64,000 bases of DNA from Candidatus Poribacteria bacterium (GTDB lineage: Bacteria > Poribacteria > WGA-4E > PCPOR2b), in assembly GCA_965208325.1 (NCBI GenBank), contig OZ242326.1, positions 3,456,001-3,520,000 on the forward strand, read 5' to 3'. The position numbers and the translations under genes are program-made. How positions within the stretch are numbered: the stretch's first letter is position 1; each line of letters begins with the position of its first letter. The notes beneath the pieces were generated by a model. That model was not told the DNA's origin. It worked only from the letters and a program-made list of their open reading frames with translations, and searched no databases. Below are positions 59,897 to 64,000 of the stretch, one piece after another.

Positions 59897-62800
59897 TTAT
59901 CCGCTAAACTTCGCCGAGACGACTTTCGACACCCCCGCCTGCTCCATGGTCACACCATACATCGTATCGGCAATCTCCATCGTTCGTTTATTATGGGTAA
60001 TAATGATGAGCTGTGTCTGTTCAGCATATTTCCGAATGAGATTCGTGAATCGGAGTACGTTCGCTTCATCAAGAGCGGCATCAACTTCATCGAGAACACA
60101 GAAGGGGCTCGGTTTGATTTTGAAGATGGCAAACAGCAGAGCGATAGCAACCAGCGACCTTTCACCGCCGGACAGTTGTGTTATACTCTGGGGGCGTTTC
60201 CCCGGCGGACACGCGATAATTTCAATCCCGGCTTCTAGCACATCGGACTCGTCCGTTAAGCGCAATTCCGTCTCTCCGCCGTTGAAGAGTTCCTCAAAAA
60301 CAGCCTGGAAGTTACATCGAATCTGCTCAAACGTATTAAGGAAGGCGTCCCGTGAGGTCTTGTTTATCTTTTGAATCGCCTGATAGGTTGATTCGAGCGA
60401 CTTCTGCAAATCTTCACGCTGCTCCGCGAAAAAATCCTCGCGTTTCTTGTGTTCTTGATACTCTTCAATCGCCACCAGGTTAACGGAACCCATGCTCTCA
60501 ATCTGAACCTTTAGCGTCTCAATCCCGTCCATCAATTCAAGATCGCTAGACGGATTTTCTTCAACTTCAATCTGATCGATGGACACCTGATATTTGTCCT
60601 GAATGCGCGCAGAGATTGCCTTCAGTTGCATCTCCAATTGTGTAGTCGTTACCTCCAAGTGGTGGCGCATGCGGTTATGTTTATCAAATTCGCGCCTCGC
60701 TCTGCGCATCATTTTTTGCGCCTCAGCAATCTGTTCGATTAAACCATCACGCTCCGCCTCCAGTTGGCTCACACACTCTTCGGCTTCAAATTTCCGACCC
60801 TCCGCCTGTACAAATTGGCGCTGAACTTCGTCAATCTGTTCCGAGAGATTCTGTTGCGTCTGGTTGTCCGAGTCAATAATTTCCTGATGTTCTCCAATGC
60901 TCTCGCGGATTTGCACCTGGTTTTTCTGCAGTGTTGCGAGTTCATTGCCCAGACCCTGCAATCTCTCACGCTTACCAGCCAAATTAATTTCAAGTTCCTG
61001 ACACGATTCTGAAACTTCATCTCGCTTCTTACACTCGACTTCAATCTGTTCAGATAAGCGTTCAATCCGCCGCTGTAGTGTATGTTGTGTTTTTTGGTCT
61101 TCCGCAAGTTGGCTTTGAAGCGCCTCCCGGTCTGCCTTGACCTTCTCTGTTTCCTGATGAAGACTTGCGCCTTCCGTTTCAGCATCGGTCAGTTGCCGGT
61201 TGAGATGTGTAATTTTGTCATGAAGCTGTTCCAAATCCTTTGTCAGGCTTGCGCGTTCGATTTCGTTGTCTTGCTGTTTCGAGATTAGCGTTTGGCGAGT
61301 CTGCTGAAGCTGCGCTAACAGTTTAACATGCTCTTTGCGTTTGGCGTCTTTCTTGTTCACAACTCCCGTCAGTTCTTTGATTCGCTCCTGTAAATCTCCC
61401 AACTCTCTAGGCCGGCTAAGCAGGCCGCTGGTTTGTGTTTTGCTGGAACCGCCTGTGACTGCGCCGGAGGTATTAATCAATTCCCCTTCCAACGTGACCA
61501 AACGGGCGCTCGGTCGGAAACTCCGTGTCAATTCTATTGCCCTGTCAAGATTTTCAATGACGACAGTATTCCCCAACAGTTGTTGAACCGCGACTGTATA
61601 TTTCGGATCGTAATCTAGCAGCTCGGAGGCTAAACCGACTACACCGGCCTGTTTGAGCAGGTTGTTGTCCCGGAAGGAACGAGAACGGAGAATATCCAGA
61701 GGCAGGAATGTCACTCGGCCGGCCTGCGTCTCCTTGAGAAATGTAATTCCCGCCTGGGCATCCTCTGCCGTTTCTGTAACGACGTTTTGGAGGGCGTTGC
61801 CCAACGCCACTTCCATGGCTAACTCGTAGTCTGGCTCGGTGCGAATCAGTTCCGCGATAACTCCGCAAACCCCGCCGAATCGATCAGGATGTATTTCTCT
61901 AGCTTTTAAAATAGCTCGTACGCCTGTAAAAAAACCCTCGTGAGCAGCTTTTAATTCCTGCAATGATTTGAGACGCGATACGCTCATGCCAAGCGAATCT
62001 TGAATGCCGCGCATCTCAGATTCTAGCTTCCGAAGTTCATCTTGATGCTGTTGCAGTTCTTCTTCCGTGTTCTGTTTTTCAGTGTCAATGCGAAATTGGT
62101 CCGCTGTTAATTGTCGCTCGCGTTTCTGTGCCTCTGTTTGTGTTTCCTTCGCGGTTTCCAGCTCCGTGTGCAACGCCCTTGAGTTCTCGACAACCCGGTT
62201 CAAATTGTCCGTGGAATAAGTAAGTTTGCCTTCGAGTGAAGTAAGCTGTGCTTCCGCCTGTGAAACTTGTGCGCTCTTTTCATCTAACTCCACTCTTGTT
62301 TTATTCACTGTCTGTTCAGCATCATTCACCCTCGTAGTGAGTTCGGTTAGAACCCGGCGCCGCGCAGTCAAACGGCTTTCTTCCAGCTTGAGCGCGACAT
62401 CTAGTTGCGTCCGTTCTCGCTCGCGTTCATCCTTTTGGGATTCGAGTTCAGCGTGCTGTTTCTCCAACGAGTCAATCGCTTGTACCGCACGCTGACGCTG
62501 CTGCTGGATATTTAACTGTCGTTCCTTGTAAAGCGCAATCTGTCGCTCCGTCTTCTCAATTTCACCCATGAATTGACGTACAACCTCTTGCGCATCCCGG
62601 ATAGATACGTCTAATTCAGACCGTTTCTCTGTTGCTTCTTCAATCTGTACCTCGGTCGTTTCAATTGTCGCATTTGCGCCCGCCGTCAGATTCAAGATTT
62701 CATCCAAGCTCAGTTGTGTTTCCGTCAATTCCTTGACAAAACGGCCGTGCTCCCGGCGATTCAGTTCCAGTTCTAACTGTTTCAACTCATCGTGCAGTCG

Positions 62801-63448
62801 TTGATAACTCTCAGCCTCTTGCGCCTGCCGCTTGAGCGACTCGGTTTCACGCTGCAATTCGTGAATGATATCGTTGATTCTGACAAGGTTTTGCTCCGTG
62901 GCTTCCAATTTCTTTATCGCGGCTTTTTTACGGCGCTTATATTTGGTGATACCCGCAACCTCATCAAACAGAAAGCGGCGTTCCTCCGGTCTATTGTTGA
63001 GGATGAGGTCAATCTTAGCCTGTTCCATTATGGAGTATGCATCAACACCGATTCCGGTGTCCATAAACAGTTCCGTGATATTCCGCAGCAGGCAGGGGTT
63101 TTGATTGATAAAATAATCACTCTCACCGCTTCGTGTCAATTGGCGGCGAACCTCAATCTCCGGAGATTCGAGTGCGAGCTTTCCATCGACGTTGGTGAAA
63201 CTCAGAGAAACATGCGTCTTTGGCGCTGGTTTGAAATTAGCGCCGCCGTTGAATATGATGTCCTGCATATTGGCGCAGCGAAGCGCGCGGGCACTCTGTT
63301 CGCCAAGCACCCATCGGATGGCGTCGGAAACGTTGCTTTTGCCGCAGCCGTTCGGTCCCACAACCACTGTGACGCCCGGCTCGAGCAGTAATTCCGTCTC
63401 TTCGGCAAAACTCTTAAAACTACTGATTTTAATCTGATTGAGATACAA
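59897..63448 (-). CDS. smc: Chromosome segregation protein SMC
   Basis: FKSF, GPNGCGKSN, coiled coils, hinge GRVTFLPL, LSGGE, LDEVDAALD. Confidence 0.98.
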   Translation of the reverse strand: MYLNQIKISSFKSFAEETELLLEPGVTVVVGPNGCGKSNVSDAIRWVLGEQSARALRCANMQDIIFNGGANFKPAPKTHVSLSFTNVDGKLALESPEIEVRRQLTRSGESDYFINQNPCLLRNITELFMDTGIGVDAYSIMEQAKIDLILNNRPEERRFLFDEVAGITKYKRRKKAAIKKLEATEQNLVRINDIIHELQRETESLKRQAQEAESYQRLHDELKQLELELNRREHGRFVKELTETQLSLDEILNLTAGANATIETTEVQIEEATEKRSELDVSIRDAQEVVRQFMGEIEKTERQIALYKERQLNIQQQRQRAVQAIDSLEKQHAELESQKDERERERTQLDVALKLEESRLTARRRVLTELTTRVNDAEQTVNKTRVELDEKSAQVSQAEAQLTSLEGKLTYSTDNLNRVVENSRALHTELETAKETQTEAQKRERQLTADQFRIDTEKQNTEEELQQHQDELRKLESEMRGIQDSLGMSVSRLKSLQELKAAHEGFFTGVRAILKAREIHPDRFGGVCGVIAELIRTEPDYELAMEVALGNALQNVVTETAEDAQAGITFLKETQAGRVTFLPLDILRSRSFRDNNLLKQAGVVGLASELLDYDPKYTVAVQQLLGNTVVIENLDRAIELTRSFRPSARLVTLEGELINTSGAVTGGSSKTQTSGLLSRPRELGDLQERIKELTGVVNKKDAKRKEHVKLLAQLQQTRQTLISKQQDNEIERASLTKDLEQLHDKITHLNRQLTDAETEGASLHQETEKVKADREALQSQLAEDQKTQHTLQRRIERLSEQIEVECKKRDEVSESCQELEINLAGKRERLQGLGNELATLQKNQVQIRESIGEHQEIIDSDNQTQQNLSEQIDEVQRQFVQAEGRKFEAEECVSQLEAERDGLIEQIAEAQKMMRRARREFDKHNRMRHHLEVTTTQLEMQLKAISARIQDKYQVSIDQIEVEENPSSDLELMDGIETLKVQIESMGSVNLVAIEEYQEHKKREDFFAEQREDLQKSLESTYQAIQKINKTSRDAFLNTFEQIRCNFQAVFEELFNGGETELRLTDESDVLEAGIEIIACPPGKRPQSITQLSGGERSLVAIALLFAIFKIKPSPFCVLDEVDAALDEANVLRFTNLIRKYAEQTQLIIITHNKRTMEIADTMYGVTMEQAGVSKVVSAKFSG

Positions 63449-63869
63449 CGGGTTTCCTCCTTCGATTCACAGACTGTTCGCAAAGCCTACTTCATTTAAC
63501 GTGAATACGTCATGGTGCGTTTCAAGTCCTCATCAGAAAAATCCGTCGCTTTAATTTGTAACTCCTCGTCGGTTTTCCAGCCATCGGGTTTTATCCACTT
63601 CAAGACACGGAATGATAGGGCATTATCGTCGCCTCTAAAAAAATGAACGTGCGCCGAAACTTGCACAGGAACCCTCTCTAATAAAATCGGCGCCAGTTTC
63701 GGTGCATCATGTTGGTCATGGTTGGCCCCTGTTACACAACCGAATACAAAATATTTTGCGTTTGCGAAGGGGCGAGCAGCGCTGCTGTATGACGCAGGCC
63801 AACTAACTGAAGTAGATGAAAAACACGCGGCAATTACGCGGCTGTGTTCGCCAAGCACTAAACTTGATA

Positions 63870-63898
63870 TTGACAAAGACTGACAGTTGTGCTATAAT
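63870..63898 (+). promoter_or_regulatory. Consensus sigma70 promoter pointing out of the window
   Basis: TTGACA-17-TATAAT with extended TG. Confidence 0.6.
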
Positions 63899-64000
63899 CG
63901 CCTAGGTTGATGCTTGCACCCATGATAAGCATTTATTCTTGACAATACATTACCAGATGCACAGATTCCAATATCCAGGCAGGTTTTTCAATCTCAAATT

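Noticed and set aside
63496..63876. 126-aa ORF upstream of smc
   Set aside because: No recognisable motif or clear RBS. A shorter real gene in its 3' half cannot be excluded.

Overview
Bacterial chromosomal window of roughly 50% GC. Its gene style suggests Candidatus Poribacteria or a relative (inference, from PhyH, DUF6785-type membrane protein, dockerin/cohesin/FlgD-Ig proteins and many secreted proteins ending in a VEPxGKLAxxWGxIK tail). Housekeeping content: dut (cut by the window edge), trpC, sodC, queE, the mutS2-dnaG-rpoD-tRNA cluster, smc and four tRNAs. Accessory content lies mostly at 0.5-19 kb: dense palindromic REP-like and MITE-like repeats, two palindrome-punctuated tandem arrays, a broken MNT-HEPN pair, an IS1595 remnant and a GrpE-like/Hsp70/J-like module. 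The most unusual signal is a 159-bp x5 array of the 3' end of an SMP-30 gene whose start-less copies differ mainly at third codon positions, as if they were alleles captured from functional genes. Other highlights: a cobalamin-riboswitch-controlled beta-propeller-dockerin gene next to a cohesin gene; five paralogous secreted jelly-roll-like proteins sharing a putative sorting tail; and a radical SAM gene whose apparent stop is probably selenocysteine (C-U-A-E-P). All calls are by eye, with no database searches.
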